From the sequence record SRR31156797_2536: a stretch of 35,680 bases of DNA. The stretch is one strand, 5' to 3'. Made by a program: the position numbers and the translations under genes. Positions 1 to 8,421 of the stretch are shown here, piece after piece. Position 1 is the first letter of the stretch; each line of letters begins with the position of its first letter. Below the pieces are notes generated by a model. That model saw only the letters and a program-made list of their open reading frames with translations. It did not search any database and was not told where the DNA came from.

Positions 1-451
1 CTTCGCTCTCCCGAAGCGCTTCCTCGGCCTGTTTTTGTTGGGTCAGGTCGGTATGGGCGCCCAACATGCGAACGGGCTTGCCCGTTTTGTCGCGGATTGC
101 CATGCCCCGGCAACGCACCCATACGGTGGATCCATCCATGTGAAGATAACGAACCACTTGATCATAGGGATGATGAGGGTCGGCGCAATGGGCAGTGAAA
201 TTCTCCACGGCAACTTTCAGATCCTCGGGATGGATTAAATCCTGCCATTCGGATGACAGATGTCTTTTTCCCTTCGCATCATAACCGAGCGTCGACCAGA
301 AGCGGGGGCTCATCCATTCATTTTCCTGATTTTCCAGATCCCAGTACCAAATGCCGTCCAATGATCCGCTTTGCAGGAATTCGAAAATGGATGGGTCGTT
401 CCGGACCAGGTCGTACAGCTCCTTCTTCAGATAATGGGGCTCAGGATTCAT
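1..451 (-). CDS. PAS-domain sensor protein, 5' part only (runs off the window edge)
   Basis: Absent from the ORF track. Manual translation from ATG at 451 (GGAG RBS upstream) gives MNPEPHYLKKELYDLV...LDGIWYWDL...WQDLIHPEDL...DGSTVWVRCRG...RMLGAHTDLTQQKQAEEALRESE, a PAS/PAC pattern open to base 1. Confidence 0.88.
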   Translation of the reverse strand, partial: MNPEPHYLKKELYDLVRNDPSIFEFLQSGSLDGIWYWDLENQENEWMSPRFWSTLGYDAKGKRHLSSEWQDLIHPEDLKVAVENFTAHCADPHHPYDQVVRYLHMDGSTVWVRCRGMAIRDKTGKPVRMLGAHTDLTQQKQAEEALRESE

Positions 452-493
452 TGTTTTTGTCTCCGAATTGCGGGCATTTCTTATGATGCCCCC

Positions 494-521
494 ATTATAC
501 CCAAATTCCCATGTATTTCAA
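494..521 (-). promoter_or_regulatory. Putative sigma70 promoter for the PAS gene
   Basis: The minus strand reads TTGAAA-N16-TATAAT about 40 bp upstream of the ATG. Confidence 0.5.
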
Positions 522-761
522 AATGGAAAAATGAAGGATGCAGCCTCGAACCCATACCATTGACCGGTCATATGCCGGGCGGCATCGGTAAAAGGAAATA
601 GGGGACGTGGGATTGCATTGGAAAACCCCCTTCCCCTTACGGTGCGCCAAGATATTTCACGGCTTTCCGCCAGTGTCCGGTTTTATTTTTCGAAAACTCA
701 AGAATATGGTAAAGTCTGACCAAACGCGCTGAAACGCTTTAATGGCTTGAAAGGTAAACCG

Positions 762-1136
762 ATGCAGAAAAAGATACTGATCGTGGACGATGAACCCAAT
801 ATTGTCGTGCCCCTGGAATTTCTCATGGAACAGAACAACTTTGAGGTCAAAGTGGCTGAAAGCGGTGAACAGGCCCTTGAAGCCATCGAGGATTTCAAGC
901 CGGATCTGATTTTATTGGACATCATGCTCCCCGGCATGGACGGCTATGAAGTATGCCAGAAGGTGCGGCAGAATCCCCAGCTGCAACAGACCAAAATCAT
1001 CTTTTTATCCGCCATGGCGCGCACCATTGATATTGCAAAGGGGATGGGACTCTCAGCCGACAGTTACATCACAAAACCGTTTTCCATTTCAGATGTCGTG
1101 GAGAATGTCAAAAAGCTTCTGGGAGATAACGGATAA
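762..1136 (+). CDS. Single-domain response regulator (receiver only)
   Basis: Motifs ILIVDDE, LLDIMLPGMDG, FLSA and YITKPF with no output domain. ATG 762 preferred over the track start at 747. Confidence 0.92.
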   Translation: MQKKILIVDDEPNIVVPLEFLMEQNNFEVKVAESGEQALEAIEDFKPDLILLDIMLPGMDGYEVCQKVRQNPQLQQTKIIFLSAMARTIDIAKGMGLSADSYITKPFSISDVVENVKKLLGDNG

Positions 1137-1290
1137 GACGTTACGCTTCAACCGCTCATTAAAGAAGCTCCGAGATAAATGCGGCAAGAATCTCTAAAAA
1201 ATGCCCCCCAAGCATAACAAAAATGGACTTTATTCCGAAGCCCCATGCTGGTATGCTCTAAATAAAAAAAAGAAACCACGGGTGGCAACC

Positions 1291-3510
1291 ATGGTCAAAA
1301 CCAATAAATTCCGTATTTTTGCCATTGTTGTATTAGGATTCATTTTTGTCTCCATGGCAATCATCGGAATCCTCTTCTGGCAACAGCTGTCACCTGAAGA
1401 AAAAAATCTATTCATCGGTTTTATCAGGCAGCATGCTGCATTTATCCTTTTTATCGCTTTTTTTATCCTTGCAGGCTGCTATTTTTTTCTGAATTGGGTC
1501 TTCAGTCTCTATGTCCTCCCCGTCAATAAGGTGGCCGAAGAGATAGCCATCATCTACTCCACCAACCCTTCCCATCGCCTTGATGTTAAAGGCAGCTCAG
1601 ATATTAAACGCCTGGTCGATGCGATCAATCAGGGGGCAGACCAGTATGAAAGCCGGCAAAAAAAGGTCCAGGCCACAATTAAAAAGGCCATAGCCGAAGC
1701 TGATGCCGAAATCAAAACACTGGCAGCTGTCATGGCCGAACTGCCGGAAGGCATCATCGTCTGCAACTCTCAAGGACAGATCCTCCTGTACAATAACAGG
1801 GCAAATTATCTTTTAACAGGCAGCCGGACCAAAGATGGCGACAGAGGGTCCGACCCCCCGGATTCCAATGCTACTGTCGCACAGCAGGAAAGCAGCATCA
1901 ATGGAAAAGGCAGATTCGTGGGATTGAGGCGTTCAATTTTCAGCATTATCGATAAAAAACTGATTGTCCACGCCCTGGAAGAAATTTCCGAAAAACTGAA
2001 CCGAAAAGATTCTGATGTTGCCTCCTACTTCGTCATTGCCCTGGACAATAACAAACTGATTCGTTCTGAGACCATACCCATTCTCGACAATGCCCAGCAG
2101 TTTACGGGATTTGCAATGATCATGCGGGAAATCACCCAACAGATGGCTTTTAACCGGCAGATAGGTTCTCTTTTGCAATCATTAACCACAGGAATTAGGA
2201 ACTCCCTGGCCAGCATACAGGCAGCCATTGAAACCATTTTAAGCTATCCCCAGATGATGCCGGAACAGCTGAATCAGTTTCGACGGATCATTCATAACGA
2301 AGTGATCGCCATCGGAAACACCCTGGACAGAACCTCAGCGGAACACTCCTGCCATATCCACACCCAGTGGCCCCTGGTGGACATGATGGCCCATCACCTG
2401 ATGAGAAGCATCAGCAAAAAAGCCCTGGACAACCTGGGCGTTGCCATTACCATACGGGAAATTGATAGAGAGAGCTGGATCAGGGTGGACAGCTATTCCA
2501 TGATCGTTGCCATGCTGTTCATGATTGAGCGTCTCCGCAAGGAGACAGGCCGGAACCGGTTCGGATTCACCCTTGAAAGAAAAGAGATGGTTGTCTATCT
2601 GGACCTTGACTGGGAAGGCGATCCAATTCCCCTTGAAACCCTTCATTCATGGGAAAAAGAAACCCTGGTTTTTGGAAACGACTGCCTTCCCCTGACCCTG
2701 GAGGAGGTAAAAAAACACCATGAATGGGAACTCTGGTCATTTGCCAGGAAACAAAACAGCCACCAGGCATGCCTGCGGCTGTTGCTGCCGGCGGTTCAAG
2801 TTGCTGCAGGATCTGAAATAATCCGTCATTTAACGATTCTGCCGGACAGCCGGCCTGAATTTTATGAATTCAACCTCTTTGACCAACCCGGACAGAAGAC
2901 AGACCTGGACAGCCGTCTCTTAACCGAATTGAGCTTCACGGTTTTTGACACCGAGACCACGGGACTGGATCCCTCGGGCGGGGATGAAATCATCTCCATC
3001 GGTGGGGTTCGGATCATTAACAACCGGATCTTGAGAAAGGAGAATTTCAACCAGCTCATCGATCCCAGGCGCTCCCTGCCGTCGGATTCCATCAAAATCC
3101 ATGGCATTCAGCCGGAAATGCTCAAGGGGAAACCCTTCATCGAAACCGTGCTGCCGCTGTTTTACCGGTTCTGTGAAGGAACCATCCTTGTGGCCCACAA
3201 TGCTGCCTTTGATATGCGAATGCTTGAAATGAAAGAGGCCGCAACCGGCACAAAATTTATCAACCCCGTACTGGATACACTGCTGCTCTCCGCATTCCTC
3301 CATCCTGCTCACAAAACCCATGATATGGAAAACATCGCGGTCCGGCTGGGGATCAATCTCTTCGGAAGACATACTGCTCTTGGGGATGCCATGATGACGG
3401 CTGAAATGTTTTTAAAAATGATACCCCTCCTTGCCCAGCAAAACATCCATACCTTGAAAGAGGCAAGGGAGGCATCAAAGACGTCCTACTATGCCCGGCT
3501 CAAGTACTGA
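1291..3510 (+). CDS. Membrane-anchored HAMP-like/PAS/degenerate kinase-like protein with C-terminal DEDDh 3'-5' exonuclease (DnaQ/epsilon-like) domain
   Basis: Two N-terminal hydrophobic helices, a PAS start (LPEGIIVCNSQGQILLYN), ExoI FDTETTG, ExoII VAHNAAFD and ExoIII RHTALGDA. Start is uncertain (1201 or 1291). Confidence 0.88.
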   Translation: MVKTNKFRIFAIVVLGFIFVSMAIIGILFWQQLSPEEKNLFIGFIRQHAAFILFIAFFILAGCYFFLNWVFSLYVLPVNKVAEEIAIIYSTNPSHRLDVKGSSDIKRLVDAINQGADQYESRQKKVQATIKKAIAEADAEIKTLAAVMAELPEGIIVCNSQGQILLYNNRANYLLTGSRTKDGDRGSDPPDSNATVAQQESSINGKGRFVGLRRSIFSIIDKKLIVHALEEISEKLNRKDSDVASYFVIALDNNKLIRSETIPILDNAQQFTGFAMIMREITQQMAFNRQIGSLLQSLTTGIRNSLASIQAAIETILSYPQMMPEQLNQFRRIIHNEVIAIGNTLDRTSAEHSCHIHTQWPLVDMMAHHLMRSISKKALDNLGVAITIREIDRESWIRVDSYSMIVAMLFMIERLRKETGRNRFGFTLERKEMVVYLDLDWEGDPIPLETLHSWEKETLVFGNDCLPLTLEEVKKHHEWELWSFARKQNSHQACLRLLLPAVQVAAGSEIIRHLTILPDSRPEFYEFNLFDQPGQKTDLDSRLLTELSFTVFDTETTGLDPSGGDEIISIGGVRIINNRILRKENFNQLIDPRRSLPSDSIKIHGIQPEMLKGKPFIETVLPLFYRFCEGTILVAHNAAFDMRMLEMKEAATGTKFINPVLDTLLLSAFLHPAHKTHDMENIAVRLGINLFGRHTALGDAMMTAEMFLKMIPLLAQQNIHTLKEAREASKTSYYARLKY

Positions 3511-3658
3511 GACATTCAATCACCTCAGCCATGGCACTTGAAAAAAGGACGAGGTTGTTGCCATTGACGTGCAGAGTCGGCTGGCGCCCGTGTCGTGAAA
3601 GAACCACAAGACACATTCTGGGGTGGCTTCATATGATGCTATCGAATTTATGAAAACC

Positions 3659-3687
3659 TTGTCCTATAGGGTCGTTGGTGGTATATT
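3659..3687 (+). promoter_or_regulatory. Putative sigma70 promoter (extended -10)
   Basis: TTGTCC-N17-TATATT with TG-n immediately before the -10, upstream of the HAD gene. Confidence 0.45.
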
Positions 3688-3744
3688 CAGCGGTTCCATG
3701 TGAACCGGATCGTTGGGCAGCCCAATGAAAACAGGAGGAATAGC

Positions 3745-4401
3745 GTGGCATACAAGGCAGTCATTTTCGACTTGGACGGAACGTTGCTGGATACATTGGA
3801 GGACCTTGCAGACGCCATGAATCGCGTCTTACGGAATAAGAGGCTCCCGACGCACCCCAGGAAGGCATTTCGCTATTTTGTGGGCAACGGCGCCGCCAAA
3901 CTGGTGTCGCGCGCGCTACCGCCGCAAAAGCGCAATGATGATGTGCTGAATTCCGATTGTTTGAAGGCGTTCCTGAAAGAGTACGGCAGTCACTGGAACA
4001 TGAAGACCAAACCCTACCGGGGCGTACCGGAACTGCTGGATGCCTTCGCTTCAAAACCGATCGATATGACGGTGCTTACAAACAAACCCCAACATTTCGC
4101 CGAACGCTGCATCCAGGAGTTCCTCTCCGAATGGCACTTTACCGTGATAATCGGACAGCGGGAGGGGTTTCCCCTGAAACCGGATCCCGCAGGGGCACGA
4201 GAGATAGCCCGGCGGTTGGATATCCCGTCACGGGAGTTTCTCTATCTTGGCGACAGTGACACTGATATGAAAACGGCTGTTAGCGCTCACATGCTCCCGG
4301 TTGGCGCGCTGTGGGGTTTTCGTTCGGAGAAGGAGTTGCGAGAGGCGGGTGCCGCTGAAGTCATCAGTCGGCCGACGGAACTGCTAAAGTTTGTAAACTG
4401 A
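3745..4401 (+). CDS. HAD-superfamily hydrolase (phosphoglycolate phosphatase-like)
   Basis: Motif I FDLDGTL, LTNK, KPDP and motif IV GDSDTD. GTG at 3745 follows AGGAGG. Confidence 0.9.
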   Translation: MAYKAVIFDLDGTLLDTLEDLADAMNRVLRNKRLPTHPRKAFRYFVGNGAAKLVSRALPPQKRNDDVLNSDCLKAFLKEYGSHWNMKTKPYRGVPELLDAFASKPIDMTVLTNKPQHFAERCIQEFLSEWHFTVIIGQREGFPLKPDPAGAREIARRLDIPSREFLYLGDSDTDMKTAVSAHMLPVGALWGFRSEKELREAGAAEVISRPTELLKFVN

Positions 4402-4526
4402 CGGCTCAATCGCCGGGCCGGCATAAACCACAATCGCTACTTTCCTTGTTTCACTTTTTTTTGTGGGGAAATGGGCCATTTGTGGATGGGTGCCAAAAAA
4501 AATTATAACCTTCCCTCAGGAGGCCC

Positions 4527-4829
4527 ATGAACACATCTTCCCATAATCCATGCCATAACTGTGGCGTCTGTTGTTTGGCTTTTGCACTTCCCCCCTTCGA
4601 TGCCAACGAGTTGGTGAAGGCGTCAGACGCACTCCTTGAACAAGTTGACGCCTACGCTCACAGCGCTCGTTATCGGGAATCCAATCCGTGTCTCTGGTTG
4701 GATCTCGATTCCGGCAAATGCAAGCACCACGCGGCACGGCCGACCCTTTGTCGGTGGTTCCAGCCGGGGTGTCCGGCGTGCAACGAACTGCGCATTAAAT
4801 TCGGTCTTCCGAGCTTGCAGGTCAAGTGA
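4527..4829 (+). CDS. YkgJ-family CxxCxxCC zinc/iron-chelating protein
   Basis: CHNCGVCC...PCLWL...CKHHAARPTLCRWF pattern with an AGGAGG RBS. Confidence 0.8.
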   Translation: MNTSSHNPCHNCGVCCLAFALPPFDANELVKASDALLEQVDAYAHSARYRESNPCLWLDLDSGKCKHHAARPTLCRWFQPGCPACNELRIKFGLPSLQVK

Positions 4830-4878
4830 TTCATACCGGAGTATCCGTGGTTTGAATAAGGATTTATATTAATCTTCC

Positions 4879-5904
4879 ATGTTGCGATTATTGGAATTAA
4901 CCTATGAGAATCTGGTGGCGGTCGTTGGGGATCGGTATGGTAAAGGGCCGTTCCTTGCCGGGGCCCTATATCGCCGGTTTTACAAAAATCTCGATCCGGA
5001 TGCATGGAAAACCGAAGCCATCGGGAACCGGGAGGGCTTGATGGACCGGATCGGACGGGATTGGCGCTTCAATCCGGGTAAGGTAATAGATGAAGTCCAT
5101 GAGGCGGGATTGGTTAAATTCGTCACGGCGTTAGCGGATGGAAACCGGATTGAATCCGTTATTTTGCCCCTGAAAACCCATAAGACCGTCTGTATTTCCA
5201 GCCAAGCCGGCTGCGGGATGGGGTGCCGGTTTTGCGAAACCGGAAAACTGGGCTTGGCGCGCAGCCTCACCGTGGAAGAGATGGTGGGGCAGGTTTACAG
5301 GGCCCGGCAAAAGTCCGGCCGGGGAATCCGCAATGTGGTGTTCATGGGCATGGGTGAACCTTTTGACAACTTCGAAAATGTGATCCAGGCGGTGCGGGTG
5401 CTCAGCGACCAGCGCGGTCTGGATATGGCCCAGCGACATATCACCCTCTCCACCGCGGGTCGGATCGACGGTATTGAAAAATTGGCGGTTTTAAATATGC
5501 CCCGCTTGAACCTTACCATATCGCTCAATGCACCCAATGACGAACTGCGCCGCCGGCTTATGCCGGTCCACCAAAAGGGTTCCCTGGCCCGGTTGCAAAA
5601 GGTTTTGATGGCCTATCCCCTGAAAAAGGGAAACGTGCTGAGTGTGGCCTATGTGCTCATTTCGCAAGTGAATGACAGATGGGAACATGCCAGGCAACTG
5701 GCGGAGTGGTTGAAACCCCTGCGGGCCAGGGTGAATTTGATCCCGTTCAATCCCGTCAAGGATTCATGTTTTCGCCCACCGGGCCGAGAAGAAATCGATC
5801 TGTTTCGGCAGAGGCTTATTGACTTGCGTGTCAATGTGCAAAAACGCGTGCCGCGCGGCAGGGATTTGATGGCTGCCTGCGGTCAGCTGGGAACCCGCCT
5901 GTGA
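4879..5904 (+). CDS. rlmN: RlmN-family radical SAM RNA methyltransferase
   Basis: CISSQAGC, CxxxCxxC (CGMGCRFC), FMGMGEP, NLIPFN and C-terminal AACGQL. Confidence 0.85.
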   Translation: MLRLLELTYENLVAVVGDRYGKGPFLAGALYRRFYKNLDPDAWKTEAIGNREGLMDRIGRDWRFNPGKVIDEVHEAGLVKFVTALADGNRIESVILPLKTHKTVCISSQAGCGMGCRFCETGKLGLARSLTVEEMVGQVYRARQKSGRGIRNVVFMGMGEPFDNFENVIQAVRVLSDQRGLDMAQRHITLSTAGRIDGIEKLAVLNMPRLNLTISLNAPNDELRRRLMPVHQKGSLARLQKVLMAYPLKKGNVLSVAYVLISQVNDRWEHARQLAEWLKPLRARVNLIPFNPVKDSCFRPPGREEIDLFRQRLIDLRVNVQKRVPRGRDLMAACGQLGTRL

Positions 5905-6008
5905 CAACGGAACGAAATGGGAAACAAAAGATGTATGTGCATACATTATACAAAGAGGATCCTGCCCAAGGGTTAGGATTTTGAAGGAACCATATAAGGA
6001 TCGGTTAT

Positions 6009-6782
6009 ATGTATGAAAATGAACGTGAAATAGCGGACAGGGCCGCAAGGGCCGCCGGCGCGGTACTGAAAGAAAAATTCGGAAAGGTTCGGCACATCGT
6101 GAAGAAGGGGGAAATCGATCTGGTGACCGAGGCGGACCTTGCCGCTGAAGAGATCATTTTGGAAATGCTTGGGAAGCATTTCCCGAAGGACCATATCCTG
6201 TCCGAGGAGGCAGGCACCCGGGACGGATCCTCCCACAGGAACTGGATAATTGATCCCCTGGATGGAACCACCAACTTCGCCCATGGATTTCCGTCTTTTG
6301 CCGTTTCCATGGCCCTTGAAGTTGAAAAGGAAATCGTTCTGGGTATTGTTTACAATCCGTTCATGGGGGAATTCTTCGAGGCGCAAAAAGGGGAGGGCGC
6401 CTTCCTGAACGGGAATCCCATCCATGTTTCAAATGCCCGGAAGCTGGGTGACGCTCTGTTGAGCACCGGTTTCCCCTACGATATCCGGGAGAGGTCCAAC
6501 CGGATTTTTGAGCGATTTAAAACCATGGTGGTCAGTTCCCAAGGCGTACGACGGGGAGGATCCGCAGCCGTTGATCTGTGTTATGTGGCGGCGGGCCGCC
6601 TGGACGGTCACTGGGAGGAAAACCTGAAACCCTGGGATACGGCCGGAGCTTCCGTGATTGTGTTGGAAGCGGGCGGAAAACTGACTACTTGCGAGGGAGC
6701 GCCCTTCACCCCGTACCTGAAAAGCGTGATCGCCTGCGCGCCCATGATCCATGGGGGCATGGTAAAGAGCCTGAATGGATGA
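6009..6782 (+). CDS. suhB: Inositol monophosphatase family protein
   Basis: DLVTEAD, ILSEE, WIIDPLDGTTNF, RRGGSAAVDL and LKPWDTAG. Confidence 0.9.
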   Translation: MYENEREIADRAARAAGAVLKEKFGKVRHIVKKGEIDLVTEADLAAEEIILEMLGKHFPKDHILSEEAGTRDGSSHRNWIIDPLDGTTNFAHGFPSFAVSMALEVEKEIVLGIVYNPFMGEFFEAQKGEGAFLNGNPIHVSNARKLGDALLSTGFPYDIRERSNRIFERFKTMVVSSQGVRRGGSAAVDLCYVAAGRLDGHWEENLKPWDTAGASVIVLEAGGKLTTCEGAPFTPYLKSVIACAPMIHGGMVKSLNG

Positions 6783-6836
6783 CCCGCTCCCGGTGATCTT
6801 CGCCCATGGCAGTACGAGTGTCCTTTCAGCTTCCGT

Positions 6837-8420
6837 TCAACATCGCATGCCCCTTTTTTTGGGACCCAGATTGTTTTTTTCCACATCATAGGCCATTTCC
6901 ACCCATTCACACAACAGGCGGCGCGTGTCTCTGGGGTCGATAATATCTTCGATGCCGAACGCCTCGGCGGTCCGGAACGGCGATGCCACGGCCCGGTAGG
7001 TTTCCTGCAGTTTCTCCAGATATTTCTCCGGATCTTCGGCCTGTTCGATTTCCCTTCGGTGGGCCGCAAAGACGCCCCCTTCCACCGGAATGTTCCCCCA
7101 TACCGCCGATGGCCAGGCATACCGCCAGCTCAAACGAAGGCCGCTTTTCTGAGCCCCGCCTGCCACGCCGAAGCATTTGCGCAGGTAAATGACGGCCATG
7201 GGGACGGTGGCCTGTATGATGGCAAAACTGGCCCTGACGCCTTTTCGAATGGTGCCCTGGAGTTCGCTCTGTTTGCCGATGGTAAATCCCGGCTGGTCGG
7301 AGAAATTGACAAGGGGCAGGTGAAAGGTATCGCACATGTCGATGAACCGCTGGAATTTTTCCGCCACATCATAGTTAAAGGACCCCCCCAGGAAATTGGG
7401 ATCATTGGCCAGCACCCCCACCGGGTAACCGTTCAGGCGCCCGAGCGCCGTAATCTGGCTTCGTCCCTGGTATTTTCCGATCTCAAAAACGGAATCCTTG
7501 TCCAATACCCCATTCAATATGCTCCGCATATGGTATGGCTTCCGGTTGTTCCGGGGAATGATGGTGATGAGCTCTTCTTCCCGCCGTTCCGGGTGGTCTT
7601 GATCAGCGAGCCGCCGTTTTGGCATTTCCCACACATTGCTAGGCATGTAGGACAGAAACCGCTTTACCTGATCCAGGGCGTCCTGTTCATCCACCGCGTC
7701 ATTGTCAATGACCCCCGTGAGGCGCGTGTGGAGTTTGTAGCCCCCCAGTTCTTCCTTGGTGAACTCTTCCCCGAAAGCGGATTTGACCAGGGGAGGCCCC
7801 CCCACAAATACATGGCACATGTTTCGGACCATCACGGAAAAGTGGCTCTGCACCATGTAGAGGGCCCCTAAGCCCGCCACGGAACCAAAACCCGCGGCCG
7901 CCACCGGCACTTCGCTCATGACCTCCACCCGGTCCTGGGCGCACTCATCCCCTGAGCTGGGCAGTTCGGTGTACCCGATCTCCAGGATCTCCTTGATGGA
8001 CCCGCCGGCCCCTTCCACCAATCGCACCATGGGGAGTTTCAGGGCCCGTGCCATCTTCACGAAGTATGCCCCCTTGCTTTTGTACATTCTGCCCACGGAG
8101 GCGCCCTTGATGGTAAAGTCATCACCGTGAACCGCAACCCTTCTGCCGTCGATTTTTCCCGTGCCCATGACAAAGGGGCAGGGAACGAGATTTTCAAGTT
8201 TGTGCGGGTCATGTTCATGGTATGTGGGGGCCCCCGCCAGAATCCCCCTTTCGAGAAACGTATCCCCGTCGCACAGGATGTTGATCCGCTCCCGAACGGT
8301 CATTTTTCCGCGGGCGTGTTGTTTGGCGATATTTTTTTCGCCCCCCATGCCATGGGCGATTGTTTTTCTTCTTTCCAGTTCTTCCAGCTCATTTTTCCAC
8401 ATTTTGTTTTGCGTCTCCAT
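6837..8420 (-). CDS. Acyl-CoA carboxylase/decarboxylase carboxyltransferase subunit (copy B)
   Basis: GKMTVRERI, DFTIKGAS, GGPPLV, DQPGF, AWPSA and DIIDPRDTR. Confidence 0.9.
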   Translation of the reverse strand: METQNKMWKNELEELERRKTIAHGMGGEKNIAKQHARGKMTVRERINILCDGDTFLERGILAGAPTYHEHDPHKLENLVPCPFVMGTGKIDGRRVAVHGDDFTIKGASVGRMYKSKGAYFVKMARALKLPMVRLVEGAGGSIKEILEIGYTELPSSGDECAQDRVEVMSEVPVAAAGFGSVAGLGALYMVQSHFSVMVRNMCHVFVGGPPLVKSAFGEEFTKEELGGYKLHTRLTGVIDNDAVDEQDALDQVKRFLSYMPSNVWEMPKRRLADQDHPERREEELITIIPRNNRKPYHMRSILNGVLDKDSVFEIGKYQGRSQITALGRLNGYPVGVLANDPNFLGGSFNYDVAEKFQRFIDMCDTFHLPLVNFSDQPGFTIGKQSELQGTIRKGVRASFAIIQATVPMAVIYLRKCFGVAGGAQKSGLRLSWRYAWPSAVWGNIPVEGGVFAAHRREIEQAEDPEKYLEKLQETYRAVASPFRTAEAFGIEDIIDPRDTRRLLCEWVEMAYDVEKNNLGPKKRGMRC

Positions 8421-8421
8421 G

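Noticed and set aside
35..486. Plus-strand short ORFs 35-238 and 253-486
   Set aside because: They are antisense shadows of the minus-strand PAS gene, which has clear motifs and an RBS.
561..616. TGACCGGTCA palindrome and GG-N10-GC sigma54-like spacing
   Set aside because: The palindrome is short and lacks the outer bases of the TetR-type sites. The -24 element lacks TGGCA.
3520..3600. Possible decayed methyltransferase fragment (VVAIDVQ)
   Set aside because: Only a few residues resemble the family and several frameshifts would be needed.
4879..5904. Cfr-type antibiotic resistance methyltransferase
   Set aside because: MGMGEP fits RlmN rather than the MGMGEAL of Cfr, and there is no mobile context.
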